Of a stretch of 64,000 nucleotides of DNA, positions 52,796 through 64,000 are shown one piece after another. The notes beneath the pieces were generated by a model, which was not told the origin of the DNA, did not search any database, and worked only from the letters and a program-made list of their open reading frames with translations. This DNA is from Octopus vulgaris (taxonomy: Eukaryota). A program made the translations under genes and the position numbers. The DNA lies in assembly GCA_951406725.2 (NCBI GenBank), contig OX597820.1, forward strand, positions 45,508,001-45,572,000, given 5' to 3'. Within the stretch, counting starts at the first letter, position 1. The number at the start of each line of letters is the position of its first letter.

Positions 52796-53612
52796 AGCTT
52801 CTACTTCAGGTATGGGTAGCTTTTTCCAAGAAGTGGGCCACATGAAACATGGTTCATTATCTGGCAGACTACACTCCTAAAAATGTGAAGGCAATTTTTC
52901 ACTGATGTGCCATTCAGAAAGTCCTGCAGGCTATAATTTCCCCATGACTGTTCAATACTGTTGCTTAAACTGCTAGAAACAGCAGTAAAATCACTCTCAA
53001 ATCACATCATCATCTTTGACAATGGAAGAACAAATTAGATTAAAGTAATCCTAAATATACTACGTCTGAAAATAAGAGAGGCTGGGCATAGCAAAATGCC
53101 TTTGATTATAGGTCTACTGGATCAGGGCTGAAGTATGGCTAAACAACAACCTACTGATTCATATTTGTATAAGTCATCAAAGGATTGGTGAAACAAGAGG
53201 GATTAAAGTTACTGATGAATACAGAACTAACTAATGCTTATCTTCTTGCTTATATCACTGAGGGAACACACTAACACAGAAAGGTAGTAGATAGAAAGGA
53301 GAAATAAAGAGTTGCCTTTACATCACTGTCCAGTGTTCAACCACAAAACTCCAGCTCCCTAATCAGAATCACAATGTACATGTGGGTTTCATTGCGACTA
53401 ATTGACATACAATTACTATTACACTTATTATGTGACAGCAATCATACAGGATGTCACTAATCAGATAGAATACAGTTAAACCCCAAACCGATGGAAGAAT
53501 AAAAGAGAAATATTCAATCTTAGAGGTCAGACATACAAATAGATTAAAAGTTTTTAACTGATTAAGAACAACCATAATTAGAAAACATAGCAAGAGGTAA
53601 TGTAAGTGCTAC

Positions 53613-53743
53613 CTGGAATGCAGCTGATTGCATGGAAGCTAACAGTGCCCTCATTGGCAACTTGGCTTTATAAGCACGGTGTGCCCACAAGCGGTGTGAA
53701 CCAGCTGTAATACCAATACCTGCATACATGTAAACACATAAAC
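53613..53743 (-). CDS. SCD: Stearoyl-CoA desaturase, 131-nt exon
   Basis: Encodes LCVYMYAGIGITAGSHRLWAHRAYKAKLPMRALLASMQSAAFQ (His box 1), with AG/GT boundaries. No upstream exon was found in the window. Confidence 0.95.
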
Positions 53744-53928
53744 CTGAAAAACAGAAAAAAAATCAAGGATTAGATTTTTAAAAACACAAAACCTCTCAAA
53801 GGAAAAGATACTGACTTTAGTTGGGAGAAACAGGACAAATATAATAAAACAGATATCATCACAAGAATCAATGAGCATACTTCTACATTGTACATGGTTG
53901 TTAAACCTGCATGATATTGCACCTAAAA

Positions 53929-54318
53929 GGAGTGGCTGTGTGGTAAGTAGCTTACCAACCAACCACATGGTTCCGGGTTCAGTCCCACTGCGTGGCATCT
54001 TGGGCAAGTGTCTTCTACTATAGCCTCGGGCCGACCAATGCCTTGTGAGTGGATTTGGTAGACGGAAACTGAAAGAAGCCTGTCGTATATGTATGTATAT
54101 ATGTATTTGTGTGTCTGTGTTTGTCCACCTAGCATTTGCTTGACAACCGAGGCTGGTGTGTTTACGTCCCCGTCACTTAGCAGTTCGGCAAAAGAGGCCG
54201 ATAGAATAAGTACTGGGCTTACAAAGAGTAAGTCCCGGGGTCGATTTGCTCGACTAAAGGCGGTGCTCCAGCATGGCCGCAGTCAAATGACTGAAACAAG
54301 TAAAAGAGTAAAAGAGTA
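53929..54318 (+). mobile_element. Full-length tRNA-derived SINE family A
   Basis: A box tggctgtgtgg, B box ggttcagtccc, a central (TA/TG)n microsatellite and an (AAAGAGT)n tail. Confidence 0.9.
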
Positions 54319-55688
54319 TTCTGAATTAAAATCTTGCTAGGGTTGATTTTTGCTCCTAGTTGAGTACTTTGTTTATTTACCCTGTACCACAAAAATTGTG
54401 GCATTGTGTTTTATGTTAGAAATCATCGTTACTGTCATATTGAGGAAGATTGGGTCTCTGGATCAACTTGAGCAACATAACTGGCAATAATACTGACCAG
54501 CACCTTTCAGCTTTTCTGCTCATGCTTATGTAACCTTATAATATAAAATCATTTTACATAACTGGAATATAAAGACAGTGCTGCATATGGGTGGTAGTAA
54601 TTGTCTTTAGCAATCAATAGCATAGGCAGAGATGATTAAATAATTAAGAACAGCCCTCAGTAACATATCATAAAGAATAAAATGTGCTGTAAGCAGGCCT
54701 GCTTTGTATGTCATTGGCCTGTAAATTTTCTAGCTATAGTCATCTGGTTGTTATTATGTTTGTCTGGAGAATTAGATTTTAAAATAACCTAATCAAAAGA
54801 TAGGCAATTTGCAAACAAAAAGAATTTAGATTCAATACTGTGCAGGTTGAGTACTGTGTAAAGGGCCTCCAAGTCTGATAGAGGCAATAGAGGGAGGGAG
54901 GAAGTCGTCTTCGGTTCAGTGACTTGTCTTGAATGTTTCTAACAGCATAGTCTCCATTAAAAGCATCCAAGGGCCAAGTGACAGATTAAGTTGACCACCC
55001 AAGATAGTGAGGAAGGACATAAAGAGAGAGAGAGGGGGGACAATGGGGAGAAGTAGGAAGTGAAGGTGAAATGTGAAGACAAGAATATATAGGAAAAACA
55101 TAAGCTGGTTAATATGTTCTATCCTACAAACACACACACACAGATAAAAGCTGAAACACAAGCCAGTCAAGGATTATAGATAATAGATGATGAGCTAATA
55201 GCCACTTGTGGAGATCAAAACTGGATAAACGAATGGTTCAATAAGTTACCATACATAATAGCACGTGACTTTTCTTTGTCACGTACACCTGATGAGAGGA
55301 AAGAGAAACTGTGGCAACATTTACCCAGACGTTAACACTTGGGCCAGCTACCAGCAGAACACTCACAGTTTACTGGTCCACTATATCTTTATCATTGTCA
55401 CTGTAGCCAGCTGTGAGAGACCTAACAACATGGCTAGGCTAACATATTGTTGCTGCTATTTTCCATTAAGCATGTATACTGGTTTAATTTCATCAGTAAG
55501 AAATTCAGCACTAACACTTTGATAGTTTATATCAATTATTTATTTTGCTCAAGGCTATCATCAAGAGATGGATGCAGTATCGAGTTTCACTCAATATATC
55601 CACCTTTCCAGTTGGAAAAGTTTGCAGTACAGCTGCTCACCAACCTTTATTTGGACTTTCAGCCGCTTGTCTATAAGATTCAGTATTA

Positions 55689-56085
55689 GGCATAGGAGGG
55701 GCTGTGTGGTAAGTAGCTTGCTTACTAACCACATGGTTCCGGGTTCAGTCCAACTGCGTGGTACCTTAGGCAAGCGTCTTCAACTATAGCCTCGGGCCGA
55801 CCAAAGCCTTGTGAGTGGATTTGGTAGACGGAAACTGAAAGAAGCCCGTCGTATATATGTATGTATATATATATATGTGTGTGTGTGTGTGTATGTTTGT
55901 CCCCCCAAAATCGCTTGACAACCAATGCTGGTGTGTTTATGTCCCCGTAACTTAGCGGTTCAGCAAAAAGAGACCGATAGAATAAGTACTAGGCTTACAA
56001 AGAATAAGTCCTGGGGTCGATTTGCTCGACTAAAGGTGGTGCTCCAGCAAGGCCATAGTCAAATGACAAACGAGTAAAAGAGTAA
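55689..56085 (+). mobile_element. Full-length SINE family A
   Basis: Same structure as 53929-54318. Confidence 0.9.
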
Positions 56086-58587
56086 CTCTCGAAATAGTGG
56101 AGTTGGATCTGACCATACTAACTCTCTTCCCTATCTGGTTTAGTCACATTACTTTTCTATGTCACTATTTGCCATAATTTCATATTTATTTTTACCAATG
56201 TTGCATCCTTCCCCTTTCACAATGTCTAAACCCTCTGATACTCAGCATGTTTCTTAACACTGTGGACTTATTTTTGTGGACAGAGAGATCACAGCACCTA
56301 AATGACATTAGGTGCTGTAAGCATCAATTTGAGATAGAAATTCATAAAACCCATTGCTGTAACTTGAACCCGAAATCTACTGCTTGGCAACAGATCAGAT
56401 TACCAAATACACTACAGAACATCTGCAATTCCATCCCATATCTGATGCAGTATTAAATTCTGTCATTATGACTGCATTAACTTGTCCTCTCAACATAACA
56501 GTGGTGTCAACTTAGCACTAAGAGCACAGGCTATTCTACCTGTCTATGAAATAGTTTATCATACCTAATACAAAAATGTTGTATGGTAGGGCCCACTAGT
56601 GCAGTTGGCAATGTGATCACACCACAAATGATACGAGCTTTGAGCCCTGTTTTCTTTTCTTGTCTCAAATTTGTGTTCATGTTTTTTAGTCTTTCATCTT
56701 GGTTTTTGCTCTCTCTCTCTGCCAGGTATAGGTATGGCTGTTGTGGTGGTGAAGCTCACTTCACAACCATGTGGTTTCACATTTAGTCCTACGGCATAAT
56801 ACTTCGGGCAAATGTTTTCTACTATAGCTCCAGGGTAAACAATGCCTTGTGAGTGGATTTTGTAGACAGAAATTGTATGAAAAGAGGGTGGGAGGAGGGA
56901 AGAAGGGAATGAGGGGGAGTGAGTGTGTGTGGTCCACCCACCTTTTGACAACTGATGTTGGTTTGTTTAATTTGTAATTCTCAGCAAAAGAGACCAGTAG
57001 AACAAGTGGACCAAAGACATTCCAGCTGAGACACTCCTACATTTTATTCAGCCATAACAAATATATCTAGGACTACAATACCCAAAGTACTTTTCAATTT
57101 TTATTTCTAATTATCTGTTATAATCATATATTACTAAACATTATTGTTTCTTCATACCTAAAAATTTCCTGTGGTACTCTCATCTTCGGCCTAATCAACT
57201 ACACCCATAAACAAAGGCATTCCAGGTGTGAACATCCTAGACATATCAAGGACAGCAAATCTCAATGTTAATTGAGATTTGGCTGCTGTTTCTAGCCAGT
57301 CGAACAACAGAACAGATATTCCCTTGTTGACAGATTATCCATTAGGCTGGGAACTTTCTACTGAATCAAGTTCACAGAAGGTGCTGTATTATATAAATAA
57401 GTATATTTGTGGCTTGTACCAAGTCAACAGCTGCTCAAAACTGATGCATTTGTAACATTTAACACCCACAAGGATAACAATGATTAATAAATATATTTAC
57501 ATATCTTAAATTCATAACCAAATACCGAGTTGTCATAGAAAAAATTCCAATAAACAAAAAAGACTAGGTGGGAAAAAAAAACAACTCACAAATAAAATTC
57601 AAAAACAAACAATGTTACATATTCAATTTCAATGTCATTTCAATAAATACCTAAGAGTATAGTGGGGCCTGAAAAGAGATAATTATGGAACTAAATTAGC
57701 ATCCTCCTCACACATTTTCAGTAGCTATGACAATTAACAGACCATTACATTTTTACTCATAATCCATGCATGACATTAAATTTCATCTTGTCTACTACAG
57801 CTGTTTTCCAGATAACAATCTCATTAAGACCCATCCCTGGTAAATATATCTGGAAACCCAAATCAATAATAAATTGAATAATAACTCGTTTGAAGGTCAT
57901 ACACGCAGTGTGTGAGTGTGTGTGTGCATGTAGTAATTGACAAAACCAAACACTGCTGTAATTCAATACAGTCACAGACAAGTCACATGCTGTCTAGCTG
58001 TCTCTTTCTTTCTCTCACATGTAAACAACATCATCATCATCAACCTCTGGATATTAGAGTCTTGAGTCCTTGGACTTATAGGGTCAGTTACCCAGGTTTC
58101 AGAGCACACCCGTGTTCAACATCACAACATTTACCCTTGAACGGGATGTCAGTCCACTGCAGAGTTACTCACTGACAGAATGGAGTTAACAGGAGCAACA
58201 TGAAATGAAGTGTTTTGATCAAGAGTACAATGCACCTCCTGGTCCAGAAATTGAAAACCTGATATTGCAATCGTGCAACACCCTAGCCATTAGGCCATGT
58301 AACTCGTTTTTCTTCTAATATTTTGATTTTGAACAAACAACTACACACTTAAACCAGATAATCAGATAGCACCCAGCTATCACTGTCATTCTTGTATCAT
58401 GAGGTGACATGGCACAAGTAGAACAATGCTAGAACATAGCCAAGAGATACTTCATGTGGTGTCTATTACCAGCTGTCTGTTCAACCAAGACTGACAAGAC
58501 TAGCATAGCAGTAATGTTCCTACTTTATCAAAACCATCTTTAAAAAAAATAGAAGAGGAAGGATATATTTGGTAATATAATCCAGGC

Positions 58588-58795
58588 AAGCTGGCAGAAT
58601 CATTAGCATGCAGGGTAAAATCTTAGCAGCATTTCATCCGCTTTTATGCTCTGAGTTCAAGTTCTGCCGAGGTCGACTTTGCTTTTCATCCTTTCAGGGT
58701 TGATAAAAATGAATATCAATTGAGTACTGGGGTTGATATAAACGACTTCCTCATCCTTTGAAATTGCTGGCCTTGTACAAAATTTGAAACCAATA
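58588..58795 (+). mobile_element. SINE family B
   Basis: agctggcagaatcattagc...gagttcaagttctgccgaggtcgactttgc. Confidence 0.75.
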
Positions 58796-59394
58796 TAATC
58801 CTGGATATAAAAAAGACCTGGATTGTCAAGTTTGGAATGTCTTTAGCCACAGAATTACTCAATCAGGAATTATTTCAGATTCAGACAAGTGTAGAAGCAA
58901 AGTATATCAAACATATGAAACATTTAGCTATGAGGAAATAACTGTTAAACAACACACAATTATAACAGACACTATATACTTCTAACAGAGTTTATACTGA
59001 CCAGAAAAGTGGGCAATAAAATGATGATGATCATCCTCATCGTTATATATCAACATATAGGCATAAGCATGGCCATGTGATAAGAAGCTTGCTTTCCAGC
59101 CACCCGACTGGCCTCCGTGCTGGTGGCATGTAAAAAGCACCATCCGTCCGTGGCCGTTTGCCAGCCCCGTCTGGCACTTGTGCCGGTGGCACGTAAAAAG
59201 CACCCACTACACTCACGGAGTGGTTGGGTTTGGAAGGGCATCCAGCCATAGAAAAAATGATGATGATGATGATTGTTTGGCGTTCGATTTCACTGGGTGA
59301 CATCTTGAGCAAGTGTCTTCTACTATAGTCTCAGGTCAACCAAAGCCTTGTTAGTGGATTTGGCAGATGGAAACAGTAAGAAGCTATTCCTCCT

Positions 59395-59745
59395 CCTCAT
59401 CATCATTTAACGTGTGTTGTCCATGCTGTCATGGGTTGGACAGTGACCAGAGCTGGCAAGCTGGGGAGCTGCACCAGACTCCAGTCTGATTTGGCATGGT
59501 TTCTACAGCTGGATGCTCTTCCTAATGCCAAACACTTTAGAGTGTGCTGGGTGTTTTCACATGGCACCACATGAGCACTTTTATGTAGCACTGCATGGAT
59601 GCTTTTATGTGTCGCCACATGGGCACTTTTGCGTGTTGCTGCACGGGCGCTTTTGTGTGTTGCTGCATGGGCACTTTCGTGTGTTGCTGCATGGGCGCTT
59701 TTGTGTTTTGCTGCATGGGTGCTTTTATGTGGCATGACCACGAAT
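59395..59745 (-). mobile_element. Repeat family D (GAT-tailed) with a 24-bp tandem expansion
   Basis: Reverse-complement match to the 3' part of 60960-61346, plus about 7 units of 24 nt at 59560-59735. Confidence 0.65.
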
Positions 59746-60244
59746 GCTTTACACCACCATATATATATATGTGTGTCTGTTTGTTCCCCCTCCTCCACTG
59801 CTTGACAACTGGTGCTGGTGTTTACCTCTCCATAACTTAGCAGTTCAGCAAAAGACACTGATAGAATAAGTACCAAGCTTTAAAAAAATAAGCACTGGGG
59901 GTCAATACATTCGACTAAAAATTCAAGGTGCTGCCCAAGCATAGCCACAGTCTAACGACTGAAACAAGTGAAAGATAAAAGATATGAATGTGACTGATCC
60001 TCATCATTATGCTCATGGCCCTAGCTGTCAGACATGAGTGATTCAGAGATCAACAACTTCTTGAATGTAATCAAGGTCCTTCATGTTCCCTTTAGTGAGG
60101 ACATGCTGTTAAGATCAAGATAAAGAAGCATTTTCAGACATTGTGAAGATGAAAATCTTCACCCAATAAGTCCAGGATAGCATATGGGGACAAATAAAAG
60201 AAACAGAACTCAGTATATAAGAGTATATTATGTGTGCATGTGTG

Positions 60245-60580
60245 TGCATGGCTGGATGGTTAAGGCGTTTTCTTCCCAACCACATGGTTTCTAGTTCAAT
60301 CCCACAGTGCAACACCTTGGGCAAGTGTCATCTATTATAGCACTGGGCTGACCAAAGCCTTGCGGGTGGATTCGGTAGACAGAAATTGAAGGAAGCCCAT
60401 GATATATGAATGTGCATGTGTGCGTGTGCATGGCTGGATGGTTAAGGCATTTTCTTCCCAACCACATGGCTTCAAGTTCAATCCCACTGTGTAACACCTT
60501 GGGCAAGTGTCATCCATTATAGTACTGGGATGACCAAAGCCTTGTGGGTGGATTTGGTAGACAGAAATTGAAGGAAGATA
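60245..60580 (+). mobile_element. Two tandem 5' halves of SINE family A
   Basis: The unit tggctggatggttaaggc...gaaattgaaggaag repeats at ~60248 and ~60431. Confidence 0.7.
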
Positions 60581-60959
60581 TATGAATGTGAGTGTGTGTG
60601 TGTACCCTTGTCTAGACATTACATGATCGTTGTAAATGAGCACCAGTGTCATGCAAGTAAGTCTGATAGTTCTTGTCTTCCACCAATAGATAAATAAATA
60701 AATAACTAGCAATGGGAAAATATTACTTTGCTTGCAAACGAGTGAGGGATGGTGACAGGAAGGGCATCCAGCTGTAGAAAATGTGATGCAACATATCCCA
60801 TCTGATCCATGCAAACATTGAAAAAAATGGACATTAAATGATGACTGATAATGATGATAACAAACACTGACATCATCTTCAGCTATGCCTTTCTCAGTCT
60901 TCTCCTTTCTCTACTTCCTTCTACATAAACTTGCACAATTTTTCTCACATGGAAATTGT

Positions 60960-61346
60960 AGCTGTGATGCCAGTGCCGATGGCACGTAAGAGAACCATCC
61001 GAACGTGGCCGTTGCCAGCGCCGCCCCAACTGGCCTCTGTGCCGGTGGCACGTAAAAAGCACCATCCGATCGTGGCCGTTTGCCAGCCTCGTCTGGCCCC
61101 CATGCCGGTGGCACGTAAAAAGCACCATCCGATCGTGGCCGTTTGCCAGCCTCGTCTGGCACCTGTGCAGGTGGCACATAAAAAGCACCTACTACACTCA
61201 CGGAGTGGTTGACGTTAGGAAGGGCATCCAGCTGTAGAAACACTGCCAGATCAGACTGGGCCTAGCACAGCCTTCTGGCTTCCCAGACCCCAGTTGAACC
61301 GTCCAACCCATGCTAGCATGGAAAATGGACGTTAAACGATGATGAT
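60960..61346 (+). mobile_element. Repeat family D with 63-bp internal tandem units and a (GAT)n tail
   Basis: Units start at 60978, 61044, 61107 and 61170. The 3' end is catggaaaatggacgttaaacgatgatgat. A related copy lies at 59100-59272. Confidence 0.7.
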
Positions 61347-62518
61347 TAATCACTCTCATTCATCTTTAATCCAGGACCTAGTCATCTCATCCCATTTTCC
61401 ACTCACAACATCCAGAACCAGTGCTATTCTTATCGTTCTTTTCAATCTGTTGTTTGTCTTCCAATCATTCACCAATATTCTTGCTCATCCAACAAACATT
61501 TCACATTTCTTTTCTTTCCAACCTGTTCTGTTGATCGACATTACGGAGGTCTCACTCCCTTAAATCATAGCATTCCTTACGTATAAGAATACACATTTCT
61601 CCTTTCAGTTTCTGAAACCACTTCCTTCCTTGTTAGTTTACCATTCAGTCATTCTGCTACTGGAATGTCTTCCATGCACATCTCACTCCAGCCACTGTCA
61701 GATACATCATGGTCATTCAATGTGTTTCCTAAATGACAAAATATTTTCAACTTTCCATCTTCAAGCCAGTCCTATGATTCAGCTCAACATTTCTCTCACA
61801 CACAAACACAATTAGGTTGTTGCAGAAGTAAATGTGTTGTTTTTGTCTCTTAAAACTTTGATGCTTATTTTTTGGAGAGAGAGAGAGAGGCGTGTGTGTG
61901 TGAGCATGCACGATCTTAAACCCATGCCAACATGGGGAAAGTAGACACAAGATAATGATGAGGATATGAGTATGGGTGTGCATGCACGTGTGAATGTTTA
62001 TGTAGAGTGTCAGTGTGTGTATTTATATTCTATACCTTTGCACACAACAGTGATATTAGCTCTATGATTTTGAAGACAACTGGCATGCATAAACCGCCTT
62101 ATCTGAAAAATAGGCAAGGGTTTGCAAACAGGAAAGGTAGAATTATGCATCACCAATAAATCTCCAACCAATCCATGCTAGCATAGCAAACAGGATTTAA
62201 AAGAATGAAGGAATGCATAACATATGCTGAGAGAAATATATGATTGTGTGGTTAAAAAGCAACCACATGGTTAGGGTTCAATCCAGCAGCATGGTACATT
62301 GGACATATGTCTTTTACACCAAAGCCTTGAAAAACAAAAGCTTTGTGATTGAAATAGGTAGCCAGAAATTGTGTGTAAGACCTTTCGAGGGATCATTCCT
62401 ATTTTTGGGTGGTAAACATAATCAGTTGCCTGTTTTAACTCTGACCCCTGCCACTTACATGCATTTAGTGGAACAATATATCATGGGCACAGCCATGATT
62501 TTGTTCATGGTGGCTTGC

Positions 62519-62803
62519 AATTACAATGGATCCATGATTTATCAAATTACAATGGACCTGTATATTTTTTTATGTAGTAACAATGGACCAGTCATTTCTG
62601 ATTTAATTACAAATGGATCCATCATTTCTTATCTAATTACAAATGGATCCATCATTTCTTATCTAATTACAAATGGATCCATCATTTCTTATCTAATTAC
62701 AAATGGATCCATCATTTCTTATCTAATTACAAATGGATCCATCATTTCTTATCTAATTATAAATGGATCCATCATTTCTATGGATCCATCATTTCTAACT
62801 TAT
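62519..62803. repeat. 30-bp minisatellite
   Basis: aattacaaatggatccatcatttcttatct: five perfect units from 62605 plus degenerate flanking units. Confidence 0.92.
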
Positions 62804-63477
62804 GAAAATCAAAAAAATTAAAATATTATATATACATAGGAGCCCCATCTAAAACTGTCAACTTTTTTTTTTTGCTACATACATTTGAATATGTACATGT
62901 GTACAAGAACATGTAAGAAACATCATCAGCAACAGTTGGAATATCAGACTGTACAATGCTCTTATTTTCCTAATTACAACCAATGAAAATATAGACCTTA
63001 ACATCTGAAGATATGTAAACTAAGTTTTGAAGTGTGACATTTACATTGTATACCAAGGATATATAATGAAGATGGTGGAAATACTTCCGCAAAGTAAAGC
63101 ATTTTAGATATCATAAAACAATACCAAAATGATAAGGAAGAGATTGAAATAGTTTAACCAAGTAATAAGTAGTTCACTCAATCTCTAAATACAGTTTCTA
63201 AGTGCAAGCAATGAAAAAGTTGAGGCTAAATGATGACGATGATGCTGTTCTGTTAAGATTCACCAATCCCCAAACCTCAATGGATCCCTTAAGAGGTAGA
63301 CCTTTGATATGTGAAGACACAATGTTACTGCTTGCAATAGAGAAAAGTACAGCACCTAATCAGAGAGAGCAGCATTGATTTAGCGAGCAGGAGAGAGTAA
63401 GGGAGCAACTAGGAGTCATCATTGTTTTAACATCCATTTTTCCATGCTTGCATGGGTCAACTGGTTTATATTGGCAC

Positions 63478-63710
63478 AGAGGCGAGCTGGCAGAAACGTT
63501 AGCACGCCGGGTGAAATGCTTTGCGGTATTTCGTCTGCCGCTACGTTCTGGGTTCAAATTCCGCCGAGGTCGACTTTGCCTTTCATCCTTTCGGGGTCGA
63601 TTAAATAAGTACCATTTACGCACTGGGGTCGATGTAATCGACTTACTCCGTTTGTCTGTCCTTGCTTGTCTCTTCTGTGTGTAGCCCCTTGTGGGTAGTA
63701 AAGAAATATA
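63478..63710 (+). mobile_element. Young SINE family B copy
   Basis: Close match to 22153-22360, flanked by the direct repeat tatattggcacaga (~63467-63480 and ~63709-63722). Confidence 0.85.
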
Positions 63711-64000
63711 TATTGGCACAGAATACCTATAACCAGAAGCCCTTTCTGTTACCAACACTCATCTGTTTCCAAGCAAAGTAATATTTTCCCCCCATCGCCG
63801 GACATGTTCTCACAAAATATTGAAATGAATAACATTGCCTGTATGACAGTGACATGATGTCAAAATAAGGACACACGAACACACACACACACACACACAC
63901 AAGGAACTTCTTTCAATTTTTATTTATCAAATTCATACACAAGACTTTCATCAATCAAGCACTATAGCAGAATACACTTGCGCATGGTGTCATGCAGTGG

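Noticed and set aside
55283-55315. CTGATGA...GAAA hammerhead-like core
   Set aside because: No stem II pairing between the core halves.
53744-64000. N-terminal exons of the desaturase
   Set aside because: No matching exon was found by eye; they probably lie beyond the window.

Overview
This is repeat-dense eukaryotic DNA, probably from a coleoid cephalopod (Octopus-like), inferred from its SINE families and (ATGT)n/(TCTA)n/(CA)n microsatellite load. It holds two convergent intron-containing genes. On the + strand is a 4-exon PLP-dependent fold-type II enzyme of the serine racemase/threonine dehydratase family (about 327 aa). On the - strand are the last three coding exons of a delta-9 stearoyl-CoA desaturase. 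An 11.5-kb block (19518-31029) recurs at 31130-42618 across a 100-N gap, most likely an uncollapsed haplotype; the first copy has a 1-bp frameshift in the enzyme's last exon. The rest is transposon debris: mariner, DD37D-like, Helitron, hAT, Tigger and piggyBac MITEs, RTE and R4/Dong LINE fragments, an LTR-like repeat and several tRNA-derived SINEs. The most notable non-coding signals are (1) three unrelated hammerhead-ribozyme motifs, two copies of one of them forming a Penelope-like foldback, and (2) a long degenerate array of ~33-bp hairpin-forming units downstream of the enzyme gene. Coordinates and alignments were read by eye, and no database search was run.
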